DNA of 47,579 bases from Candidatus Aenigmatarchaeota archaeon (GCA_038999265.1 JAWAAR010000002.1:1-47579), one strand, 5' to 3'; positions 34,870 to 42,892 are shown, counted from the stretch's first letter. A program made the numbers and translations. Notes: a model not told the origin generated them from the letters alone.

Positions 34870-36171
34870 ATGCTCAATAATAAAGGTGTTTCTTTTTCAA
34901 TAATTCCAATAATAGCACTAATTGGGGTTCTTGGATTAGCCATCTGGGCTGGTTATCAATTATCAGTAGGGTCTAATATCCAAAGTCAATCTGGAATTTC
35001 AACACAGGATACAGCTGCTGATAATCTTCAAAGATTAAAAGATAAGTTAACGGAGGATCTTAGTTTTTCTGCTTCAGAAGCTTCACTTGATATAGCAAAA
35101 AATGGAGGAACAGGAGCCACAACTTATTGGTACTGTAGTGGAACCCCAATACCACCAGAACCAGATGAGGTGGAATATGCTATGTCGACTTTAACTCTAG
35201 GCAATCTAAATGGATATATTTCTACATTGAGAGAACCTGAAAATCCAATTTTCATAGAAATGGAACCAGTAATACCCGATTACACATGTGTTGGTATTTT
35301 TGAACCATCATCTACTCAGTGTGATAATCAGAATTCAGTAAATTGTGAGAGATTTGGTGTCACCGCTTCCGATGGACCCGATGGAAAAATAGAAGTTAGA
35401 AAACCGTCTTATGCTAGCGATGATGATGATTTGGAAGCTTATGTTAATGATAATAGGTTTTATTGGTTGTACTATAGACTTTATAATAATTTTGATTTAC
35501 TAACATCAAATGCAAATATATTGGCAGAAATAACACCAGGTTGCGGTTATTATGTTTTAGATAATGGTGAATTAATCTCGATAGAAGAGTATGAAAGAAG
35601 AGTGTGGCAACCACTAATCGATGATGGGTGTGTTGATCAAAACAGACAACCACTTCCAATACCACCTGCCCCCTTTGAATGTCCAAGTAGAATTTCAGCA
35701 GTCTTAGCAGATATCGCAGCAAAGAGAAGTGGTGCTGTATATGGTTTTGTTGATGGATCATTTGCAAGAAGTGAAATAGAAAACAGACTAAGAGAATTTT
35801 GTAACAATGCAAAAAATTTATTTGATAATTATGTAACTTGTTCATGGGAAATTCAATGTTTCTCTAGTGGAGGGGGTGAGTGTTTAGCAAGTAATTGTGA
35901 AAGATCCACCAATCCACCTATTTGTAACACAGCACCATCACTTTCTCTTCAAGGCCAAATTAATGAAATTTGGGGAGGGAGCACGAGGTTCAAAATATCA
36001 TTTGAAGATTCCAAATTCAATATTTACTCTAATGAGAGAGAACCACAACATATGGTTTGGAATGTAAATGGTGCTATAAACTTCAACTATGCTGGTTGTC
36101 CATTATTGGTTTATGTTGGGCCAGGGGGGAGTTCCGGAGGATCCCAACTTCCACCAGCACCAGGATCATGA
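34870..36171 (+). CDS. Large pilin-like protein (N-K-G leader plus hydrophobic helix), Cys-containing, unknown domain
   Basis: ATG 34870 gives MLNNKGVSFSIIPIIALIGVLGLAIWAGY (the track uses TTG 34852). Last long gene of the co-oriented run. Confidence 0.6.
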   Translation: MLNNKGVSFSIIPIIALIGVLGLAIWAGYQLSVGSNIQSQSGISTQDTAADNLQRLKDKLTEDLSFSASEASLDIAKNGGTGATTYWYCSGTPIPPEPDEVEYAMSTLTLGNLNGYISTLREPENPIFIEMEPVIPDYTCVGIFEPSSTQCDNQNSVNCERFGVTASDGPDGKIEVRKPSYASDDDDLEAYVNDNRFYWLYYRLYNNFDLLTSNANILAEITPGCGYYVLDNGELISIEEYERRVWQPLIDDGCVDQNRQPLPIPPAPFECPSRISAVLADIAAKRSGAVYGFVDGSFARSEIENRLREFCNNAKNLFDNYVTCSWEIQCFSSGGGECLASNCERSTNPPICNTAPSLSLQGQINEIWGGSTRFKISFEDSKFNIYSNEREPQHMVWNVNGAINFNYAGCPLLVYVGPGGSSGGSQLPPAPGS

Positions 36172-36191
36172 TCTATCACGTCAAAGAAAAC

Positions 36192-36229
36192 AATAAAAAC
36201 CCAAAAAAAATATTTTATATAAAGTGGTT
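36192..36229 (+). promoter_or_regulatory. Conserved upstream block, the copy matching 11647-11683
   Basis: AATAAAAACCCAAAAAAAATATTTTATATAAAGTGGTT aligns with the region upstream of 11686 and contains a TTTATATA TATA-like element. Confidence 0.4.
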
Positions 36230-36231
36230 GA

Positions 36232-36813
36232 ATGAAAAAAGCCCAGATGTCACTTGAGATGATTATCGGATTATTAATTTTACTTGTAGTTGCTGTAGTT
36301 GTTATAAGAATATTTTTGAAAGGTATGAGCCAAAATCCACAGGATCAGTTTGAACAGACATTAAAGGACATGAACTTTATAGGGGAATGTGACAGACTGT
36401 GCAATGAGTATAAAAATAGTGGTACAAGAGCTGCTTTGGCAAAATTCTGCTACACTAAGATGACTGGAAATCCAGATTTAAACAAGAATGGGAAGATTGA
36501 CAAATTAAAAGCTAAGACAAAACTCCTTGAAATCTGCGAGGATTCAGTTTACTGCTTTCATATGACAACCTGTGAGACTGATGCCGGAATTATAGACTGG
36601 AGTGACTGTAGGGATGCTGTGTGTAATGAATATATAGAAATATATACTAGTGCTGGATATGGCGATGCATTAGATAGAGCCAATAGAAAAGTTTCAAGTT
36701 TATTCTCACTAGGATCATGTACCGGTATAGGAGATGAAGAAAATTGGATGAAATTGTTTTTCAGTAATCCATCAAACAGAGATGATCTCGAACATCCATG
36801 TGGAACCACATAA
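36232..36813 (+). CDS. Class III signal peptide pilin-like Cys-rich protein; paralog of 11686..12498
   Basis: MKKAQMSLEMIIGLLILLVVAVVVIRIF. The shared core is CNEYKNSG...FCYTKMTGNPDLNKNGKIDKLKAKTKLLEICEDSVYCFH. Confidence 0.7.
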   Translation: MKKAQMSLEMIIGLLILLVVAVVVIRIFLKGMSQNPQDQFEQTLKDMNFIGECDRLCNEYKNSGTRAALAKFCYTKMTGNPDLNKNGKIDKLKAKTKLLEICEDSVYCFHMTTCETDAGIIDWSDCRDAVCNEYIEIYTSAGYGDALDRANRKVSSLFSLGSCTGIGDEENWMKLFFSNPSNRDDLEHPCGTT

Positions 36814-36845
36814 ATTTTAAATATTTTCTACAACTCTATTAATTT

Positions 36846-37057
36846 GGGTGAGTTGGTCAGATAGCTTCGCCCTGTCCTCAAAAACAGGGTGAGGAATTTC
36901 CATCCATAGAGGGGAAGATACCGAGAGGCTATTGTTGATATCAGAAACGATACCCACGGGTTGAAACGGATCAACAACCCCAATGAAATGCAAGCCCCCG
37001 AGGCGCTTAGATGGATGCTATCTTAAACACAAAAGATGGGATATGGCCAACACACCC
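36846..37057 (+). ncRNA. rnpB: RNase P RNA, apparently size-reduced (~212 nt)
   Basis: Hand-traced pairings. P1: 36846-36858 with 37045-37057 (12 of 13 pairs). P2: AGATAGC 36859-36865 with GCTATCT 37017-37023. P3 hairpin: CCCTGT 36870-36875 with ACAGGG 36884-36889. CR-I-like GAGGAATTTCCATCC at 36891-36905. CR-IV-like TAGATGGATG at 37008-37017. CR-V-like ACACAAAAGATGGGATAT at 37027-37044. P4: 36898-36904 with 37035-37041. The order of the 3' elements mirrors E. coli M1 (CUAGAUGAAUGACUGUCCACGACAGAACCCGGCUUAUCGGUCAG). Locally GC-richer than the flanks and contains no ORF. Confidence 0.75.
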
Positions 37058-37100
37058 ATTTTATAAAGTATTTAAGCTTTAATTTTCTCCTATAATTCAA

Positions 37101-38102
37101 ATGTCTAAGTCATTAGATTCAGATGGTTATTGGAATGAGGTTAAAAGATTAAGAGTAGAATTTGAAGAAAAACTGAGAGGAAATTTCGGGGAAGATGAAG
37201 TAAGGTTTCTTCTTTTAACATTTGATCTTGCGGCAAGGATTCATGAAAGAGAGATGAGAAGGACAGGGAGATATTTCATCCAGCATCCATACGATGTTGC
37301 CCTGTATTTATTTGAAATTGGAATGGACCCAGTATCAATAGCCACCGGTCTTCTGCACGACACCGCCGAGGCTGTAATTGAGGAAAATGGTAAATCTAGA
37401 GAAGAAGCCATTGATTATATAAGAAGTTCATATTTACAAATCTGTGGAGATTATGTAGACAATATCCTAACTGTCATGTCACTGGTTTCTGCACTCACAA
37501 GAGAAAGAGGGGAAATTTATTATGATTCAATTGCAAGAATATTTTCCCTTGGACCTGAGGAAAGATCAAGAACACTTATTATAAAGGCTGGTGGAGACAG
37601 AAGATTCAATGTTATTGAAATGGAAGGTTTTACTCCACAAGAAAAGTTAAGATCAGCCTATAAAAGTCTCTGTATAGCTCATGAAATTAAAAGATGGTTG
37701 ATATCAGGAGAAGATGTATCTTTGAGGGAAAGTGTAGAAAGAGCTTTTAGGGATTTGGTAACATATACCAATGCAGCCATTTCTTCTGTAATTGCAGGAA
37801 TTATACAAAAATATCAGAGACAACCCGAAATTGGAAAAAGGTTAATTGAATTAGAATACGAATCAGATATTTACTGTTCACAAGGGGGTTATTCTAAAGT
37901 TACTCAATCCAGACCAGGAAGCCACTTTGATGGTATAATAGAAAAGTACGACCAAATGATTAGAACTCACGAAATATCTGAACAAGATGATATCCAAATC
38001 TATGCTGATGCATTAGGACTCAAAAAGGTTTTGACACTTCTTTTGTTAGATCCAACATACCTCATAGAAGGTTTCAGTTTAAATGGAATTTCATACAATT
38101 AA
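37101..38102 (+). CDS. HD-domain protein of the RelA/SpoT (p)ppGpp-hydrolase type, with no synthetase domain
   Basis: AARIHEREMRRTGRYFIQHPYDVALYLFEIGMDPVSIATGLLHDTAEAV follows the SpoT/Mesh1 hydrolase pattern (H-x(n)-HP..VA...-LLHD..ED). 333 aa. Confidence 0.65.
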   Translation: MSKSLDSDGYWNEVKRLRVEFEEKLRGNFGEDEVRFLLLTFDLAARIHEREMRRTGRYFIQHPYDVALYLFEIGMDPVSIATGLLHDTAEAVIEENGKSREEAIDYIRSSYLQICGDYVDNILTVMSLVSALTRERGEIYYDSIARIFSLGPEERSRTLIIKAGGDRRFNVIEMEGFTPQEKLRSAYKSLCIAHEIKRWLISGEDVSLRESVERAFRDLVTYTNAAISSVIAGIIQKYQRQPEIGKRLIELEYESDIYCSQGGYSKVTQSRPGSHFDGIIEKYDQMIRTHEISEQDDIQIYADALGLKKVLTLLLLDPTYLIEGFSLNGISYN

Positions 38103-38875
38103 ATCCTCAATCTACCTTTCTGCCAGTCTTCTATTATTCTTAAATAAACCCTGTTTTCATCGACAATTCCACCTTTTTTTAACATACCCATCTTTAAACC
38201 CATTTCATTTACTATTTCTTCAAAATCTCTATCTTTAATTTTAACCTCATAAAATTTCTCGAACCTCTCCCTATTATTCTTAGAGAAAATTTCAAATATA
38301 TTCCTGGCAACACCCTCCAGATCTTCAATTTTTGATGGATCTATAACCCCTATTAAAGCGTTGTTTATCTCATCTTCCTCATTCAATGGTATAACACCTG
38401 GTGTATCTATAAGCATCAACCCAGAACCAGCATTTATCCATTGAAAACCTCGGGTAAAACCCGGTTTTGAACTAACTCCAGCCTTTTTTTTACCAGCTAG
38501 TGCATTTATCAGAGAAGATTTACCTGTGTTTGGATATCCAATAACCCCAATCTTTATTTTATCATCTCTGGATCTTTTCTTAACAAGTTCAAATATCTTC
38601 CTTTTTAAAAGGGTTATTCCTTTCCTGTCTCTCGAAGAAACAAAGACACAAGGGACTTCTCTTTCAAATTTTTTCTTGTATTTAATTAAATTCCTAAATT
38701 CAACCAAATCTGATTTATTGAAAACAACTATTAGTTTCTTTTTTTGTTTTTTGACCATTATTTCTGCTTTCTTATTCCTAGTTCTCTCAGGCATACTTGC
38801 ATCTATGACTTCCAATACCAAGTCAGATTCTTTAATAACTTGTTCAACAATATCCCAAAAATTTTCCATTGTCAT
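38099..38875 (-). CDS. Circularly permuted GTPase (YlqF/RbgA/YawG family, ribosome-biogenesis type)
   Basis: G4 (VFNKSDLV) and G5 precede G1 (GYPNTGKSSLINAL), G2 (GFTRG) and G3 (DTPGV), which is the permuted order diagnostic of this family. Confidence 0.8.
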   Translation of the reverse strand: MTMENFWDIVEQVIKESDLVLEVIDASMPERTRNKKAEIMVKKQKKKLIVVFNKSDLVEFRNLIKYKKKFEREVPCVFVSSRDRKGITLLKRKIFELVKKRSRDDKIKIGVIGYPNTGKSSLINALAGKKKAGVSSKPGFTRGFQWINAGSGLMLIDTPGVIPLNEEDEINNALIGVIDPSKIEDLEGVARNIFEIFSKNNRERFEKFYEVKIKDRDFEEIVNEMGLKMGMLKKGGIVDENRVYLRIIEDWQKGRLRI

Positions 38876-38908
38876 GATTTCTTTAAGGGGTTAGAAGGTT
38901 AAATATAA

Positions 38909-40264
38909 TTACCATAACCCACTTAACTCTTCCTTAAAAATAGACCTCAATTTTTTCTTGTATTTTTTAGGTATAGTTTCAAAGGTGTGAATTCCAAAAA
39001 ACATCCTTCTCAATTCATCCTCTCTTTTTTTAACATCCTTAAAGAACTTTTTCTTGAAATAATCTATCAGATAACCCTTGACTCCATTCTCAGAAGCCAA
39101 TAAAAATGCCAACATCTGTTCATCTTTCCCGACACCAGATCGATCGTAAGCATTGTCGTTACTTTTATTGAATATCGGATAATATTTCATGTGGTACTTG
39201 GAAAGCATGTCCTCCTCAAAACCCAATTTTTTTGTATCTATCCCCAGAGCCTTAAAAATTATGTACAATCTCGCGCACTTGGAACAATTACAGCACCATC
39301 TATCATACTTATTTCCTTCAGTCAAATCCGGGAAGCAGGAATATTGGTATTTCCCTATTTCTGGATATCTTTCATGAAGTATCTTGGTGATTGAAATATC
39401 ATGGAGAGGTTCTACAAAACTAACAACATTTAATTCTGTATTGAAAACCATGTTCAATATATTATTTAATTCCTTCATCCAGACCACAGTTTGATCGAAT
39501 TCTGGATAGCATGTATATCCATCCCTGTTTATATATGTGAAATTGCAACTCTGCTCATTTCCAAAAACCATCATTTTTGATTTGTAATTTATCATATATG
39601 GGAGCATGAGAAATGCATATTCTGTCATTAAGTGGGATACAATATAATCGAGATCACTCTTTAAATTAAAGTATCTATAGTCATGCAAAACCATAGTTTC
39701 ATTCTTCAATTTTTCTATCTTAACACCAAACTCCTTTTCAAAGGGGATACACATTTTTTCCTTGAATTCATTTTCCAGGGGTGCCCCTCTTTCCATTACC
39801 CATATAGGATGAATTTCAAGGCCAATCTCCCGAGCAATTGAAAAATTAAAAAGGCTATCCTTGCCAAAACTGAAACTCATCACACACGATTCATTCAATT
39901 TATGCAGATCTATATTTGGTCTCTTTATTTCAAAACCCTTGAATCTAAAAATAGAGTCATTCAAAAGTTTGAAGCAATCCTCTGTGGATAGGCCATTTGC
40001 ATCTCCAATTGAAGGAGCGCTCATCGTATAAATAAATGATATGAATGATTTTAATAACGGGTAATTTGTGTTTAGATTTACTTTGGTTTCCTTGAACATC
40101 AATGGTAGATGAACTGATTTTAAAAATATGTAGTTGTCTAGGAAAAATCTCCTGAAATCCTCCGGAAGGTTTATCCATATATTTTGAGGGTATTTAACAC
40201 TAAAGTTCTCTCCTTTAAAATTTAATACCGGACCTTCACTTGTTTGTTTTATTGAAATATTCAT
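38909..40264 (-). CDS. Uncharacterised protein, candidate PP-loop/PAPS-reductase-like adenine nucleotide alpha-hydrolase; paralog of 40261..41718
   Basis: SFSFGKDSLFNFSIAREIGLEIHPIWV resembles an S-G-G-K-D-S PP-loop. C-terminal motif RWCCNCSKCARLYIIFKALGID. Aligns along its length with the upstream gene product. Confidence 0.55.
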   Translation of the reverse strand: MNISIKQTSEGPVLNFKGENFSVKYPQNIWINLPEDFRRFFLDNYIFLKSVHLPLMFKETKVNLNTNYPLLKSFISFIYTMSAPSIGDANGLSTEDCFKLLNDSIFRFKGFEIKRPNIDLHKLNESCVMSFSFGKDSLFNFSIAREIGLEIHPIWVMERGAPLENEFKEKMCIPFEKEFGVKIEKLKNETMVLHDYRYFNLKSDLDYIVSHLMTEYAFLMLPYMINYKSKMMVFGNEQSCNFTYINRDGYTCYPEFDQTVVWMKELNNILNMVFNTELNVVSFVEPLHDISITKILHERYPEIGKYQYSCFPDLTEGNKYDRWCCNCSKCARLYIIFKALGIDTKKLGFEEDMLSKYHMKYYPIFNKSNDNAYDRSGVGKDEQMLAFLLASENGVKGYLIDYFKKKFFKDVKKREDELRRMFFGIHTFETIPKKYKKKLRSIFKEELSGLW

Positions 40265-41718
40265 TTTCTTTTCCTCAGGGATTTTATTTCTTTTCTCACA
40301 TCTTTTAATGTTTTTCTAAATATCTTGTGTATCTTCCTCTTCCATTGAATAGGAGTTATTGATTCATCGTGAAGGGTAAAGTATTTATCAACCAATTCAT
40401 CAAACCTTTCCTCAGCTTCTTTGAAAGCTGGTGAATTTGCGAATTTTAAGACCAATGGATCTCTATTTCCCCTTAAGTATGTTAAATAGAAGGCAAGAAG
40501 TTGCTCATCATAATTTACCCCGAAAGAATCAAATCCTGTCCCGGCAGCCATTCTACCAAACACATTGTAAAATTTCTCAAATTTAGGAAGGAACATATTG
40601 TCTTGAAATCCTGCCTCTTTTATTGGATCAACACCAATCGCCGACAAATAGACAAATATTCTAGCACATTTAGAGCAATCCGCACACCATCTTTTGTCTC
40701 TGGCACTCTCAGTCTCAGCCCAACATGACATCAGATATTTCAAACTATATCTATATTTGTTTTTAAGTATCGAGAGTATTGCTATCTCGTGAAGCCCCTG
40801 GAGGAAGGTTGTTGTATAAACTTCACCTTCGGACAATGCTTGAGTTATTATTGAAAGTTCCTCGGTTGCCTGATTTGACTGCTCATAATCGGGGATAACT
40901 TTCAAATTCTCTCTGTCATAAAAGAATTCATTGCAACTCGCCTCATTAGAAAATACTATGTAACCAGCCTTTTTCTTGTAGGCAAAAGGTAAGGATAAAA
41001 GGCACCAAGATGTCAGAGCGAGCTCCCACCCAAACCATCCTTCTCCATACTCTCTAAGATCACCAAGAGGATTTTCCATATAGTAAACCTTTTCCTTTGT
41101 TTCTTTGCTAAATTTTTCTATAAGTTCTTTCTTATGTTTACCGGCAAAAAGTTCCGTTGGCTCATTGAAGTAAACTAGAGTTGGATTCAAACCAATTTCT
41201 TTTGAAATATTATAAGTTAAAAAACTATCCTTTCCAAAGGTGAATGGGATTATTATATTTTCGTCTATTGTTTCTGGAAATTTGGGGGGAACATCTTTTG
41301 TTTCTGAAAAGAATGCCCTAGAATTTAACATTGTTTTCAAGAGTGGAAAAACTCCTGTCCCCCTTTTTCCTTTGCATAAATACCAATATGCGGGCAAAAA
41401 TCTCATGAAACATTGATTTGCCCATGAGTATGTATGTGGGTATCCAGTATTGTATTCTAACCTGATTGTTTCATTCAATAAAAAGGGCAAGTGAGCTGTA
41501 AAAACATAGGTGATATTATCGACAAGTTTGACTTTATTTTCCTTTGGATAATTCTTCCAAATTCCATTTGGGTATTCTATCAATAAACTCCTTTTCAGGG
41601 GCCTAGATAAAATATCTATTTTTATTCCCCTTCTCGTTGATTTTCCATAGATTTTCACAGGTATTTCTCTTTCATGCCAAGCCCTCCATTTTCTAGACTT
41701 CTGATTATTATTTTCCAT
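40261..41718 (-). CDS. Uncharacterised protein, candidate PP-loop/PAPS-reductase-like adenine nucleotide alpha-hydrolase; paralog of 38909..40264
   Basis: PFTFGKDSFLTYNISKEIGLNPTLVYFNEP and RWCADCSKCARIFVYLSAIGVD. 4-nt overlap with the downstream paralog and 11-nt overlap with the upstream ATP-grasp gene. Confidence 0.55.
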   Translation of the reverse strand: MENNNQKSRKWRAWHEREIPVKIYGKSTRRGIKIDILSRPLKRSLLIEYPNGIWKNYPKENKVKLVDNITYVFTAHLPFLLNETIRLEYNTGYPHTYSWANQCFMRFLPAYWYLCKGKRGTGVFPLLKTMLNSRAFFSETKDVPPKFPETIDENIIIPFTFGKDSFLTYNISKEIGLNPTLVYFNEPTELFAGKHKKELIEKFSKETKEKVYYMENPLGDLREYGEGWFGWELALTSWCLLSLPFAYKKKAGYIVFSNEASCNEFFYDRENLKVIPDYEQSNQATEELSIITQALSEGEVYTTTFLQGLHEIAILSILKNKYRYSLKYLMSCWAETESARDKRWCADCSKCARIFVYLSAIGVDPIKEAGFQDNMFLPKFEKFYNVFGRMAAGTGFDSFGVNYDEQLLAFYLTYLRGNRDPLVLKFANSPAFKEAEERFDELVDKYFTLHDESITPIQWKRKIHKIFRKTLKDVRKEIKSLRKRK

Positions 41719-42718
41719 TCATCCCAAACCTCTTCATGGCTGCATCTAAAATTGATAATATAATTTCATTATAAGTCATCCCAAGTGCATAGCATGACTT
41801 GGGGAATCTTGAATTTTCCTTTGGATCTGGTATCAAACCAGGAATAGGATTTACTTCCAAAACATTAGGTATATTTTTATTATCAAGTCTCATATCAATC
41901 CTGCATAAATCACGACAGCCAAGCGCATTGAATGTTCTTATTGCTATATTTTTTATCTTCTTCTCGAGTTTTTTGTCTATTTCCGCAGGACATTTTACCA
42001 TCTCTATCCCAGTCTCAGGAGAATCCCAAAACCACTTTACCTCGTAACAATCAAACTTTGGAGCTTCATCAGGAAGTTTGTCAAATAAAATTTCAACTAT
42101 GGGCAAGACCTTTGGTGGATTTCCTAAAAGTGATACAGTAAACTCCCTTCCTGTGAGAAATTCCTCAACCAAGGCTGGTTGATTGTACTTTTTTATTACA
42201 AAATCAACTCTCTTTCTTAATTCCTCCTCATTGTTAACCAAAGACTCAGCTGTGATACCTTTACTCGAACCTTCCCTGTTCGGTTTTACTATAAGTGGAA
42301 ATCTAAGTTTTTTGTTTAATGGTTGGTTAGAAGAGGTGAACAATTGGAACTTAGGTGTTGGTATTTTATAATATGAAAGTATCTCCTTTGTCTTTGTTTT
42401 GTCAAGTGCTATTGCCAAAGTTAACACATCAGAAGCTGTGTATGGTATACCCAAAAATTCTAACATAGCTGGTATCTGTGATTCTCTACTGTTACCTCTT
42501 AAACCCTCTGCTATGTTGAACACAAAATCTAGATTAGAATTTTTCAGTTTTTCATATGGATCCTTATTGCAATCTATCATTATTACTTCATGTCCTCCTG
42601 ATTCTAATGCGGCCTTTATGCTGTTTGCAACTGATATGTCATCAAACTCTACAAAGTCATCAGAAGAATTTCTGTCGTATCCCTCGGGAAATGGGTTGAA
42701 GGTAAGTCCTATTCTCAT
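41708..42718 (-). CDS. ATP-grasp ligase of the D-alanine--D-alanine ligase family
   Basis: FPLIVKPNREGSSKGI, VEEFLTGREFTVSLLG and CRIDMRLDNKNIPNVLEVNPIPGL parallel the Ddl motifs (VKP..EGSS.G; EE.I.GRE.TV..LG; R.D......... E.N..PG). Confidence 0.8.
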   Translation of the reverse strand: MRIGLTFNPFPEGYDRNSSDDFVEFDDISVANSIKAALESGGHEVIMIDCNKDPYEKLKNSNLDFVFNIAEGLRGNSRESQIPAMLEFLGIPYTASDVLTLAIALDKTKTKEILSYYKIPTPKFQLFTSSNQPLNKKLRFPLIVKPNREGSSKGITAESLVNNEEELRKRVDFVIKKYNQPALVEEFLTGREFTVSLLGNPPKVLPIVEILFDKLPDEAPKFDCYEVKWFWDSPETGIEMVKCPAEIDKKLEKKIKNIAIRTFNALGCRDLCRIDMRLDNKNIPNVLEVNPIPGLIPDPKENSRFPKSCYALGMTYNEIILSILDAAMKRFGMNGK

Positions 42719-42892
42719 CTCTCGTCTCCGGCTTACTCACCAAAAATTTTTTTAATCTCAGAAGTAGTTTTTCTCAAATCAAAAAATTGTTTTTTAAATT
42801 GGGACATCTCCAACTGATCCTTCCTATTTTTTACTAATAAAAAATATTGAGTAAATATATTTAAATTTTTTTCAGAATTTAATATCTCCCAC

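Noticed and set aside
36057-36257. 66-aa ORF bridging the end of the 434-aa gene and the next pilin gene
   Set aside because: It is out of frame with both supported genes and crosses the conserved promoter block.
22929-36813. Interpreting the locus as an archaellum (fla/arl) operon
   Set aside because: I recognise no FlaI/FlaH ATPase pair and no FlaF/FlaG/FlaCDE-like genes. The leader-bearing proteins are heterogeneous, Cys-rich and partly enzymatic rather than a few similar archaellins.
36846-37057. An alternative reading of the structured RNA as SRP (7S) RNA or a tRNA-like element
   Set aside because: The 5'/3' pairing scheme (P1, P2, the P3 hairpin, then the GAGGAA..UCC strand pairing with an ACA.AA..GAUGG strand) and the UAGAUGGAUG element follow RNase P architecture. 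I found no cloverleaf and no SRP helix-8-type motif.
42719-42892. A 24-codon minus-strand ORF (MSQFKKQFFDLRKTTSEIKKIFGE) in the gap upstream of the ATP-grasp operon
   Set aside because: It is very short and lysine-rich, sits in an A/T-rich promoter-like region, and has no supporting motif.
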